64,000 nt of DNA from Lama glama. Lineage: Eukaryota. The stretch is taken from NCBI GenBank assembly GCA_028534125.1, contig CM052816.1, positions 100,256,001 to 100,320,000 of the forward strand, read 5' to 3'. The notes beneath the pieces are model-generated. The model searched no databases and had not been told where the DNA came from. It saw only the letters and a list, made by a program, of their open reading frames with translations. A program made the position numbers and the translations under genes. Positions 22,631 to 35,170 of the stretch are shown in pieces (the first letter of the stretch is position 1; each line of letters starts with the position of its first letter).

Positions 22631-24599
22631 CATTTTATGCCTGGGTGCTTTAATCTTCTGAGGTGGGTACGATCTTGTTCCCATTTTCCGGATGTGCAGA
22701 CTAAAGCAGGATAGGCTGCATCACCCACGGCAACAAGCAGGCAGGCTGACGCCGAGCTGCCCGTGCACCACCGGGTCTCGGTGAGCCTGCAGGTGCACAG
22801 CCTGTCCACAGGCCCTTGCCTCCCAAGGCTGGCTGCCCCCTCCCTTAGCCGCTCAGTGACCGGCGAGAAATTTCACACGGGCGCTCTCAGCCGCCTCGCC
22901 CTCAAGCCCAGGAGGCCGTGGTCTCACGCAGGTGCAGACGGCCTCGAAAAGAAGGGGCAAAGTCCAAACCACAGCGTCATCTTTACAAGGAAGGGGCATC
23001 TGCGGCTCAGCAAGAAGGGTGGCACCCACGGAGCCATGGTCCAGCCCTGGCACAGTGTCATGGGCTTAGGCAGCCATCGCATTCAATGCCGTCTCACCGA
23101 GGAGTGCAATATTCTGGCTTTAAAGCAAAAATATAGATTAGAAATCAGTCAGTACCTGAAATGTCCCAGGAAGTCTGTACACGAGAGCTGAGCCACCAGG
23201 GAGCTCCGCCGAGCGCAGGAACGAAGATGCTAACTGTACGTGCTCGGTCCAAAGAGAAGCCCCGGCGAGGGGAGGACTCCGCACCTGGGGGTGCAGGGTT
23301 GGGCCCCAGAGGGAACGCTGGGCCTCTCTCTCCCCCTCTGTCTGAAACCACCCTGGTAATTACCCAGAGCTTGTCCGAGGTCAGCAAAGAGCAAAATGAG
23401 CTTAACCGAGCCTGTTCGTCGTCTTCCTCTCTGCACCCAGCGTCACCGGCCCTTCGCTCTGTCTCCACTCAGGGTCTCCAACGAGAAGAGTCTAGAAGGT
23501 CCCTGTGTGTCATTCAAACTTCCAAATCGGTGAATCACCAGCAAACAGTGTTTCATCCCGTCTCCCCTCCCCTCCACTTCTCCTGCTCCCTGGATGGGAT
23601 CTCAACACCCCCTGGCTCCAAGCATCCAGAACCTTCTGTAGGCAGCATTTATAAGTCAGTCATCCATTTTCAGATCTCATCCTCGGAGGCCGTTGGAATC
23701 GGGAAGGGCAACCTTGCCATCATGGAGGATCTTGCTGCATCCCACCCTCAGCAAGGCGTGTCTTCTAAAACTGAGCTGCTGCCGTCAACCCCCTTTCCAG
23801 AAGAATACAAAATCGGCTTTTTAAAAAATGCATTTGTCATTTATAACAGTTTCTTTGCAGTAACGTGACCAGATATGCAGAGCAGCTAAAGGGTATTATT
23901 TTCTCGAAGTATCCAGCCCATTTTGATGCGGTCCATGGTCAGGCTGCCGGTGGAGGTTTGCCCTGACACCTCCCCACGTGGAACACAAGGTGACAGTGCC
24001 AGCCTCCCCCCACCTCCCCGGGCTGAACGAGATGACGTCTGATCTGCAGGGCACTTTCGAGTTTTTGGAACAGTCACCCTGCAGATGCTAAGCTCTGTGT
24101 TGTGATAAGTTAATCCAGTTTCTTGGAAATGCCTGAGTTCTTCATTACCTTGGCAGGTCTTTATTCCCAGATTAGCTGGTTTAACCGCAAGTGGATTTAC
24201 CCCCTTAACTGCTGGGGTGTAGGTGGTGCTGCCTCCCGGGGCTGAGGTCCCAGTCTCATCCTGAGACAGAGACAGCCGCTCTGGGTCTCTGACTCGCTCC
24301 AGGTAGGTTGCTTGTTCCATGTTGGACTCTTCACGTGGGAAGGGGGGGAAGACAACTCAAGGGTGTTAACAAAACGAGCTTCTGATCGAAGCTTGCTCGC
24401 AGCATGCTGCCCGTCTGCACATCAGCTTGTGCTAGCGTGAGACGCCCTCCTGCACAGACAAGGGGGCCGACGGCTGTCCCGCTCCGGCCACGCGCCGACT
24501 GCAGGGATGCTGCTTGAGGAGGGCCCGTCTGGGGGCACGGGCCGGGGTTCTGGTGAGGAGACCACCACCCACATGACAGCTGGAAGCGGCACCTGGGCT

Positions 24600-27155
24600 T
24601 TTATTGATGGACTTTTTGTATATGTTAATCTCATGCCCCTAATTTGCCCTCGCCTTTCCCCTTTGGTAACCATTAGTTTGTTTTCTATGTCTATGAGCCT
24701 GTTTCTAGTTTGTATTTAGATTCATTTGCATGATTTTCCCAATTGCACGTGTCAGGGATAACATACAGCAATTGTCTTTCTCTGTCTGACTTATTTCACT
24801 AAGCGTGGATCCACCCATGTTGCTGCCGATGGCAGAATTTCATTCTTTTTCATGACTGAGTAATACTCCATTACACAGACAGACACTCAGACACACACAC
24901 ACACATACATATAGATATACATATACATACACACACTACATCTTCTGAAGTGAATTGCCTGTTGAGGGACATTTGGTATTGTAAATAGTGCTGCTATAAA
25001 CACTGGTGTCCATGAATCTTTTCAAATTAGTGTTTTTGTATTTTTCTAGATATATACCTAGGAGTGGGATTGCTGGATCACATGGTGGTTCTATTTTTAG
25101 ATTTCTAAGGACCCTCCCACTGTGTTCTTCACAGTGGCTGCACCAATTGACATTCCTACCAGCAGTGTAGGAGGGTCCCCTTTTCTCCAAATTCTTTCCA
25201 ACATTTGTTTTCTGTGGTCATTTTATGATGACCATTCTGACCTGCGTGAGGTGATGCCTCACTGTAGTTTTGATTTTGTTTCTCTAATTATTAGCAATAT
25301 TGAGCACCTTTTCATGTTCCTGTTGTCCAGTTGTATGTTACCTTTGGAAAAATGTCTATCCAAGTCTTCTGACCACTTTTTGACTGGATTGTTTTGTTTT
25401 GTTTTGTTTTTTGATGCTGAGTTGTATGAGCTGTTTGCATATTTTGTATATTAACTCCTTGCTTGTCTCATCATTCACAAATATTTTCTTTCATTCCATA
25501 TGTTGTCTTTTTGTTTTGTCGATGGTTTCCTTTGCTGTGAAAAAGCTTTTAAGTTTGATTAGGTCCCATTTGTCTACTTTTGCATTTATTTCTTATTTCT
25601 CAGGAGACAGAGCCAAGAAAATATTGCTACAGTTTATGTCAAAGAGTGTTTTGCCTATGTTTTCTTCTAGGAGTTTTATGGTTTCACGTCTTACAGTTAG
25701 ATCTCTAATCCATTTTGAGTTTATTTTTGTGTATGGAGTGAGGGAGTGTTCTAACTTCGTTGATTTACATGTAGCTGCCCAGTTTTCCCAGCACCACTTG
25801 TGGAAGGGACTATCTTTTCTTCGTTATGTATTCTTGCCTCCTTTGTGATAGACTAACTGGCTGTAGGTGCGTGGGCTTATTTCTGGGCTCTCCATTCTGT
25901 TCCGTTGATCTATGAGTTTGTTTTTGTGCCAAGACCACAGTACTTTGATTGCTGTGGCTCTGCAGTACTGTCTGAAATTTGGAAAGGTTTGCCTCAAGCG
26001 GTGTTCTTTTTTCTCAGGATTGCTTTTGCAATTTGGTGCCTTTTGTGGTTTCATATAAATGTTAGGATTATTCCCTCTAGTTCTGTGAAAAATGTCCCAA
26101 GTATTTTGATAAGGATTGCATTAAATCTGTAATTGTTTTGGGTGTATGGTCATTTTAAGAACACTGACTCTTCTAATCCAAGAACACAGAATATCTTTCC
26201 AATTTCTTTGAATTATCTTCAGTTTGCTTCATCAATGGTTTATGGTTCTCAGTGTGTAGGTCTTTTGCCTCCTTCCTTTTGGGTGATATTCCGTTATTAG
26301 TGCATAGAAACGAGCAGATGTCTGCATGTTGCTCTCACATCCCGCAGCCTCGCTAAATTCATTCATCAGTCCTGATAGTTTTTGATTGGAGACTTTGGGG
26401 TTCTCTATATAGAATGTCACATGATCTGCAAACAAAGGTAGTTTTACCTCTTTTTTTCCAATCTGCACACATTTTATGTCTTTCTTTGTCTGGTTGTTGT
26501 GGCGAGGACTTCCAGTACCATGTTAAATGGAAGTGGTGACGGTGGGCATCCTGTCTCGCTCCCGAGTTTAGCAGGAAGGCTCTCAGCTTTTCACTGCTGA
26601 GTGTCATGTTGAGACATGTTCCCTATATACCCACTTTGATGAGAGCTTTTGTCACAAGTGGATGTTGAGTTTTGTCAAATGCTTTATCTGCCTCTATTGA
26701 GATAATCATGTGGTTTTTGTTTTTCCTTCCTTTTATGTGGTGTATCACTTTGATCGAATTATATGTTGAACCATCCTTGTGACCCTGGAATAAATTTAGC
26801 TTGAACATGGTGTATGACTCTTTTTATGTATTGTTGGATTCAGTTTGGTAATATTGTGTTAAAAATTTTTGCATCCTTATTCATCAAAGATATTGATTTG
26901 TAATTTTCTTTTGTTGTAGTGTCTTTGTCTGGTCTTGGTATCAGGGTGACGGTGGCTTCCTAGAATTAATCTGGAAGCATTGCTTCCTCTTCAGTTTTTG
27001 GAATTTGAGAAGGGCAGGTGTAAGTTCCTTACATGTTTGGTAGAATTCGCCAGCACAGCTGTCCAGTCAGGGGGTTGTTTTGTTTTTGTTTTGCTTCTGC
27101 CTTTTTTTTTAAATCGCAGATTTTGTTTCACTTGCAGTGATTGGTCTGTTTAAAT
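24600..27155 (-). mobile_element. Lineage-specific L1, about 2.5-kb 3' portion (decayed ORF2 reverse transcriptase, C-terminus and 3' UTR)
   Basis: Minus-strand ORFs carry L1 ORF2 motifs: [74 protein letters not shown]; frameshifted. Confidence 0.95.
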
Positions 27156-28814
27156 ACATCTGGGTTTTTAGCCTGGAGAAGAGACTTGAGATGCTGGTGT
27201 CAATTGCCTTCAACCTCTCAGACTTACATTTCATGGTCCCTCGTGTAGGACTGCACCAGGGCAAGCAAATGACGAAAGAGGAAGTTTTCCTTTACACTGA
27301 GCTAAACTCAAATATCCAGAACTATTCAAGTTGGGCTGAAATGATTCATGATGTCACTAAAAAGAAATGACAGAGCCTAGAGGACCCTTCTTGGGAATTC
27401 AGGTGTGAATGGTCCAAGTTCAAACCTGAGGTTCTGTGATTTTTTTCCAACTTGTAGTACCAATTTGTTTTTATCCCATATCATGGATATTTTAACAGGT
27501 AAGATGTGTACCTTTTAGGAACCAATCCAGGGCTGAGTGGTGGCTACCTGAGTCTCAGTGTCTCGTGTGATGATGTATGTATTCACATAAGCATAAAGCA
27601 CAGTGTCCCTCCCAAGAAGGCATTCAGTCCCGCTTGGAAAAGAACACCCATGCATGCCATAGGAGACGTGCCTGGGAGCACGCGGTGTGGCCGGTGCTGG
27701 CGTGTCCTCCCTTGAACAACGTAGGGGTCAGGGGCTCAAAGGCTTGTCTGTCACATTGGTCCTTCAAAAGATATCTCCCGACCATGAAGCTGTGGTTGGA
27801 AGATGTACTGGTTTCTGTAAATGGGCAATAGCAATGAATTCAATCAATAATGTATTTGAGGCGTCTTCATTTGTATCTCAGCACAGTCTTTGTGTCTTAA
27901 TATAATGTTGTGAGTGGCTAGGGCTTTGCCTTATTTAAGTAGAATGAAAAGGATGCATTTTAGAACAGGAAAGATCGTATTTGTAGACACAGCTTTGCCA
28001 AGGCAGCCCTGGGTTTCTGGATGTACGCTCACCTGGCACGAGGGTGCAGGTAACAACTGTTCATCATAGAGGCTCCGGATACTGACTCTCATAGTGACTT
28101 CTTTGAAAGAATCACAGGACGTAGAGGTGCTGTTAGAAGTGGCATTTCACATTATGTTTCCAGGTAAAAATTCTCACCAACTTACTTGACTTACCAAGAA
28201 AAATCAAAGTCTCTTTCAGAACCACGGAAAGCTCTCCTGAAACAAGAAAGCCATTCCTGCAGACAGTGCGGCCTTTCCCTGACCATCTGCAGCAAGGAGG
28301 AGCCCACCAGGCGGTCAGAGGTGTCCTGCTCTGGGAAGTGGGCCCTGGGATTCACGGGCTTGATGTGGAGGATGTTCTTTGCCTAGGACAGTCAAAGCCG
28401 GCGCGTCCTGGCCCTGGATGTCAATTGCCTTCAGAGGAGAGGCAGCATCAGGGCACTGAGTTTCCACAGGAGCAGCAAGTGTTCTGGGAAGCCCAAGAGA
28501 TCCTGCAGCAATCAGTGGGGGGCGAGCAACTGGGGGACCCCATCTCATGTCTGGGTGTGAGAGGGATGAAGATGACACTCCTGGAAGACCTTTGGGTTTA
28601 TAGTGCAGCCGCCTTGTTCAGCAGGTGTCCAAGGACTCGTGCTGAGGCTTTATTTTGCCCTGAAGTTGGTTTCTTGACTTATAACTTTGCTGTTACCGCA
28701 GTTTGAATGCAAGATATTCATCAGCTGCAAAAGATTTTTAAAATGGAGATGGTTATGGGGCAGAAAGAAAAAAAAAGGAGATATATACATATATATATAA
28801 AATTATATATTCTT

Positions 28815-29195
28815 AAATTTTTTATTGAAATATAGTCATTTTGCAATATTCTGTTAGTTTCTGGCATACAGTATAGTGATTCAGTTATACACGCACATAC
28901 ACGTTCCTTTTCATTATAGACAATTGCAAGATACTGAATATAGTTCCCTATGCTGTACAGTAGGACCCTGTTGTGTATCTGTTTTATATACAGTTGTGTG
29001 TATCTGCAAATCTCGAACTCCCACTTTATCCTTCCCAACCCTCTTCCCCCCTTTCGGAGCCGTAAGTTCATTTTCTGTCTGTGAGTCTGTTTCTGCTTTG
29101 TAAATAAGCTCATCTGTGTCATTCTGTTGAGGTTTCACCTGTAAGTGACCTTGTATGATATTTCTCCTTGTCTGACTTGTTCCACTCAGTACACT
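28815..29195 (-). mobile_element. 5'-truncated lineage-specific L1 3' UTR
   Basis: Reverse complement of the 14510-type tail (GTATCTGCAAATCTCGAACTCCCA; TCTGTGAGTCTGTTTCTGCTTTGTAAATAAG). Confidence 0.9.
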
Positions 29196-30809
29196 ATGTA
29201 TTATGTGCAAACTTTGCACGCACTTATTTTAGAGTTGTTGCTTATTATTTATATAAACTTGCTCTTCTTCAACTGATTTTTTTCCCCCTTTGGGAAAATT
29301 ATTTGAGTCTCTTGGGAACACATCATCAATCATCTCACTGAAATCAATGGAAAAAAACTTTTTTTCATGTACTGGCTCTTCACTTAAGGGCAGAATTTTC
29401 AGGACTGAAGTCCTTAAATTAAGAGTGAGGTAAGTGTATCAACCAAGGTGCTCCACACCCTCTAATTTACTTCCATCCTGGCCCTTTTCCCCATTGGAAA
29501 TAGCCGGAGGTGGAGGCATTTCAAGCTTACAGCTTCAGGGAAGGGATGACGCAGAGCAAAGCCACCAGTTCATGGCTTTTAAGGAATACAGTAAGCTTTT
29601 GAGATTCATGATGGGGATGATAGTTGTGAGAGAGAAGCTTTCTCATCTGCCTGAGCTGCAAGTTTATCAACCTAAATCCCCTCTAGCTGGGGGTGAGATG
29701 GGGTCACCTTCTCCCCTAACCAGCAGGTCCCCCACCCCTGGAAAAGGCAGGGGAGGGGCCGGCTTGCTCCTCCCCCATCAGAAGTGCGTGGCCTAGAGGG
29801 GTGCCGGTGGGCGGGGCGGAGCGCGTCTCCTGATTGAGAGGGGGCGGGGGAGGATGGACACCCCAGTTGGGCTTGGGGATCTGAAAGGACCAGAAACGTC
29901 CTCAGCAGGGGCCAGCTTGACAACAGGTGTTCAGTGTTCTCCCAGCATCTGAAGGAGAAGGCAGGCGAGTGGATTGGGAGCTCGCTGTTGGGTGCACCCC
30001 GCAGGCCTGCAGGCCTGGACTCGCCCAGCTGCAAGACCAAAGAAAGGGTCGAGGGATGGGGGAGCTCGCAAGTCTGAAGCCGGGTCCTGGAGCGAGTCCC
30101 CCCTCCTGGGGCTGCCGCAGGTTATGGGTCATAGGGACAGTTGTTAGCTCACCAGTTACCAGGGGAGCCTGCAGAAGGCCTCGCCCTCTCTGCCCCTCTG
30201 CTAAGAACAATCGCCAGCTGGGGCAGGGAAGGGGGATGGCAGTGTGCAGGAAGGTCAGTCCTGCGAGTCGCAGCAGGGGAAGCAGGTGCTGGTTCAGCAG
30301 GGGACGTGCAGGGAACAGGAGGGCAGCATCCTGAGTGGCCTGACCACACGCCCTGCCAGGACAGAGGATGCAGGAGTGCTCACGGCCAGGTCCCCCTCAT
30401 GCCCCGATGCTCGAAGACCTTGGAAGTGTGACCTTGCTTGTAGAGAAGGAAGAAGGGGGCCCAGAACTAAACCGAAGGGGTTTGCCCTGAACGGAATAGG
30501 CTTCCGTGTCTCTTACAAAGTTACCTGAGGTAGAAAGTGATCTGATTTTTGGATCGACACAAAATGATGACTAGCAGTGGCAACCGCGGCTTGCAGCTGT
30601 GGGAGTGGAAGCCCTCGTCAACCCAGAAGTCTCCGCCTGCCACCAGGAGCCACCACTGGGTCAGGGCACTAGGGCTGGGCCACGAGGGGACCGGAGGGCA
30701 CTGGGAAGTTGGGCGTTGTGGGGCTCACCGGTAGCGTGGTGTGGTCTGGCACCAAAGCAGCCCCAAGTCCGACCCCCAGGCACTCGGGCTCCACCGTGCC
30801 CGCTCCTCT

Positions 30810-31443
30810 TGTCAGAGCAGTCAGACAGCTAGATACGAGCGGAGAAAGGGGGACACAGGCCACATGGTAGGAACTGGGCAGAAAGGAGGGGCACAGGCCA
30901 AATGCAGGAAACCACACATCACGTAATCACCAGGGGTCCTGGAGCAGAGAAAAGAAAAGCAGGAATCTTTGGGCTGATAAGGGGACACACCTTTTGGCCT
31001 GGAGACAAACAAAGAAAAGTGAGAAAAGGCAGGAGTTTCCAGTGCCCAGCTGTAACCTTTGGCTCATTATGCCCTCATTTCAATAAAATTAGCCTTGCAG
31101 ATCAGAAGTACCCATCATGCACCGACGCCGTGACACTTCCGATCCAGACTAAATAAGGACAAAAGCCCCTCCTCCCGTTGGGAAGGTGCAGTTGGGATGA
31201 TAATCAGGGAATGCGACCCCAAGCTCTTCCCTCCCCAGTGAATATTCATTTTTACACCCTGTGTAACTAACTTGCCAAAGAAACTCAGGGCAGCCGCTCA
31301 CCTGAGCCTGCCCGCTCTCCCCTTGAGACTGTACTATCCTTTAATAAATTCTCACCTTACTTTTTTAACCACCATGTCTTGTCTCTGAATTCTTTCTGGG
31401 ACGGGACAAGACCATGGGACACTGGTTGCATCTGCCAGCAGCA
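30810..31443 (+). mobile_element. ERV1 solo LTR, MER41-like (3' end 31443 or 31483)
   Basis: Starts TGTCAGAG; ACGCCGTGACACTTCCG and GAATTCTTTCTGGGACGGGACAAGACC parallel motifs in the 62220 LTR; AATAAA at 31343; possible 4-bp TSD CTCT/CTCG. Confidence 0.75.
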
Positions 31444-31604
31444 CTCGCCATGAGCCCACCAAAGAGCAACTGGACCGGTTTCATCGGGGGCGGGGAGTGC
31501 TGGGCAATATCTAACAGCAAAGCAAAGGACTTCACACAAGGAATTAATAAAACATGTAAGACTGAAGGGAGCTTATGTGGCATTTTGTAAAATAAACAAG
31601 GGGA

Positions 31605-31692
31605 GTGTCCTGGGTTCAATCCTCGACCCCTCCACCTAAAATATGATAATAATAAATAAACCTAATTACACCCCCCAGAAAAACAAAAACAA
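31605..31692 (+). mobile_element. 3' half of a camelid-type tRNA-derived SINE
   Basis: B-box-like GGGTTCAATCC, then AATAAATAAACCTAATTAC and an A-rich tail; homologous to the antisense copy at 50760-50905. Confidence 0.75.
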
Positions 31693-34009
31693 TTTAGAGC
31701 ACTTTGATTTCGAATATTAATTTATTCACCTTCATTTACACATTCTTAATCATTTTTACATATTTATTAAAGCAAATTCCCCATGAAGCGCTTTCTTTTA
31801 TGAACTAAAATAAAAGTCTCCAAATGTTCTCTAATGCAAATTTCACAACAATGCAGACTGTCTTGCCTTATTAGAATAAAGCAGTGGGGCATTATGGCTT
31901 CCACGTGTACATAAATATTAAGTAAATTTCAGCTGAGAATCACGGAAGTTCATAGATTTGCTTGTGCCCCACTCTAAATTCACTAACATGGATTAATTGT
32001 ATTTGGTGTTATTAGGCAGTCGCTTTTGATGAAATGTATGAAATAACGATTTCTTAGGGCTTCAAGTCTGCTGTGCAAACGTGGTGCAGAATCTCTGAGC
32101 AGGAAGCATTCGCAGGCATAAGCCCGTCCCTGACATTCGATCAGAGTAAATGCATTTTTCTCTTCTGCTTGATTGACTTTGAGGAAACTCGTTGAATTTA
32201 TTCAATCTTGGCTGTCATTTGAGCCATTTTTTTTTCCAGGGCGCTGAAGAGCTTATTTAAATGATTCATTTGGTGGCTTATAAATGATAAGCATCTCACA
32301 CCTTTTAATAATTTGCATAACTACCTTGGCTCTCCTCAGGCAGACACACCTGTCCAATACGCAGCCTGGTAACCTCGTCCCCGACCAAGAGCACTAGCAG
32401 AGTCTCCCCCAGGCAACAACTGGGACGCACCAGGGGACATCCTCTCTTCTGTACTCGGAAGACAAAGCCAAAACCCAAAACTAAGCACTGTGTGAATTGA
32501 CACGGGGGTGGGGGAGGGGAAGCTGGTGACACTCACGAGGGTGATGGAGGAAATTCTGCAACATAGAGAGGCCAGAAATACATAAGCAAGAACCAGAAAC
32601 ATGAGAAAGTCAATTCCTGGACAGCAGGTAATGAGACGGGGAGGGCAGCAAAGTGCACTCCTGGAAACACCACCTCTGATTTACCTGAAAGTTTATAGTG
32701 CCCTGGAGCCTTTGAGAGGCTGGTTTGGGTTTTGCATTAATACTTCAGTTTTATTTACTGTCTGACGTTATTTCAGTGTACATCGCCATTCGTTCATTTT
32801 CTCGTAAAAGCAACATCTCCACCGACTTACTTTAAAATTGTCCTGCCTTCCAGACGAGCATCCTGCAGTCCCGTCCCGGGACCTGAGCAGACGCCGCCGA
32901 GACCAGCTCAGAGGCTGTCCCGCCAATGTCATCCTACACCAGAAGCACGTCTGCGCTGAATTTGAAGGAGTCTCCCCAGAGCTGCACCCCCTTTCAGAAG
33001 ACATCCTCCTTAAATATTTGTGGGGCTTAGAGCACAGTGGAATTACTCCTTTGGTTACAGTTACAAAATAAATGCATGCATTTCCCCAGACCTCGAGCTG
33101 AATCTGGATCTCACTTGTGAGGATTAAGGAGGTTAAAGTAATCCCCGCCCTTGATGGTCTTGTCTTCCTTTTCCCAATGTCCAGGGGTGCTGGTAATTCC
33201 CCAGGAGTCACTCTGCCCCCGGGCACTACAGGATGGACAGCAGGCAGAGGGTAAGGGATAAATACCAAAGAAGAAGGAAAAATTACATAGAATTTGGAGA
33301 GTGATTTGAAAAGAGTGTTCTGACACTCTTCTGGAAGAATTTTTGCATGTTCCAACACCCCCCTGCCATCCTGCCCTGCTCTAAGACTTTGAGGGATGTT
33401 TCTCACCACAGCTGAACTTAGCACAACCTGACTGGTATATCTTCCTAGAAATGTGACCACGCCATTCGCTGCCTGAGAACTGTCAGTTACTCCCCTGTGA
33501 GGTAGCTCGCCAGGTCCCGCATCCTTCCCCACCTGCCTGGCGGCATCCTTCCCCTGTCCAGATCAGCCCTGACGCAGACTGGGATCCCACTCCAGACCTT
33601 GTGGACACTCTGATCCCCAGGTCCGCCCGGCGGCGGGCACGTGGGCACCGTGACCCCGCGAGACTCTGCCGACTTGACCGCAGTGGTCTCCTGGCTGGCG
33701 GACGGCTCTTGCCCCTGGAGTGCTTAGTCACGCTCATCCCCTTTGTGCGTGTCCTCATCCGTGGAGCACACGGAACAGCTCGTGGTGGGTAGTTATGCTA
33801 CTTATAATACAGTGAATATGAGGTCGCGTCCGGTGAAGTCCTTTCTGCTGCCGCGCAATCCCGGCTGTCAGGGTCTAACTGGTTTCTTGCAGGTGCTCAT
33901 TTAAAGTAAACCCGCTTTATGCTGGAGGCGGTCACACCGCCGTCTTCTGGACCCTCCTTCCTCTCCCCCACCTGTCTGCCCGGTGCCCTCACTTACCTAA
34001 CTACCTAAC

Positions 34010-34449
34010 TTTTTAATTTTTTTAATAAAAATTATATACATCTGAGGCACACAATGTGATGTTTATATGTGTATATAAATGGTTACAACACTCGGGTTGA
34101 TAAACACACCCCTCAACTGGCATGGTCACCTTGTGTGTGAGTGTGTGTGTGTGAGGACGCCTAAGAGTCACTCGGCCGACTTCAGGCGGACAGCGCGGTC
34201 TCCGTGGGTGGGTCCCTGGGCGGCGCCCCGCGCCCTCAGCGCCTGCTCGTCCCGGGCCAGCCTCCCCTCGTTTCCTCCGCCCGCCACTCTGCCCTGCTCT
34301 TCCTCCAGCCCACCTCCTTCCGGCTTTCGCATGTAAGAGGACACAGTGCTTGCCCTTCCCCACCTGGCGCGTTTCGCTGAGCGCGACGCCCTCCAGGCTC
34401 ACCCGTGTTGTCGCAGGACAGGACGCCTGCTTTTCCTAAGGCTGAATAC
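34010..34449 (-). mobile_element. Old L1 (L1MA/MB-type) 3' UTR, strongly GC-shifted
   Basis: T-rich tail at left; TGGCGCGTTTCGCTGAGCGCGACGCCCTCCAGGCTCACCCGTGTTGTCGC aligns to the L1 3' UTR; minus ORF 34022..34402 begins MSLEGVALSE, which is L1-like. Confidence 0.85.
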
Positions 34450-34599
34450 GGGGGCGGAGCAGTTTGTTTGCAGTTTATGCTACGTTCTCAGGACCGTAGA
34501 AGGAAAAAAATAAGGAAAATTCAGGTAAGAGAGGAATTCAGATAGCAGATCATTCAAAACATTACAGGAGACCAGTTGACACCTCCTCCCCCGCCGCCC

Positions 34600-35170
34600 C
34601 CACCAAAACTAAACAAGTAAGCGAGGCAGGTTCTCACGTGGTGACGACAGCGGGCGAGGCTCGCTGGGCGTCGCTCTGCGCCGGGTCCCGCGCCAAGCGC
34701 TTCGCTGCAGCGCGTGGCTCCCTTCACCGCAGCTCCAGGTGAAGTATGTTGTTATTATCCCCTTCCGGGGACTGACAAAGCGGAAGGACAAAGAGTGCCA
34801 GTGACTTGTCCAGTGTCAGCCCGCCCTCTGGGGCCCACACGGCCGGTTTCTCGAATGTGCTCTCTCGCCGCTCCCTGCTGCGCCTGTGAGCGCGGGCGCC
34901 CGGGAGAGGGAAGCCGGCCGCTGGCCCGCAGCGCTCCACGCGGGACGGAGCAGCGGAGGGCTCTCTCAGGGTTCACACTCATTATTACAACACACACACG
35001 TGCGTGTGCAACCGCACAGGCACGGGCACAGCCCTGGGGCCACGGGGACCCACACGGAGGCTGCTTCCTACAGACTGGCAGGTCCACCCCTGACGCACGG
35101 GGCCGCGTTCCTCCCCCGTGAGATGCTGGTCCTCCGCGTCCAGGCTGATACGGCGTCTCCAACCAGGGGG
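34600..35170. promoter_or_regulatory. CpG-rich patch (CpG-island-like)
   Basis: High CpG density adjoining the GC-shifted L1. Confidence 0.4.

Noticed and set aside
21579..23868. Long ORFs (244 aa and 235 aa)
   Set aside because: The first crosses MLT1 LTRs; neither resembles a protein I recognise.
24936..26808. Reverse-transcriptase-like ORFs as a host gene or active element
   Set aside because: Fragmented, frameshifted, 5'-truncated L1 ORF2.
32768..33532. 254-aa minus-strand ORF
   Set aside because: No recognisable domain or exon context; probably chance, though a homology search was not possible.
34821..34836. CTCF-like motif (minus GCCCCAGAGGGCGG)
   Set aside because: Several mismatches to consensus; expected by chance in GC-rich DNA.
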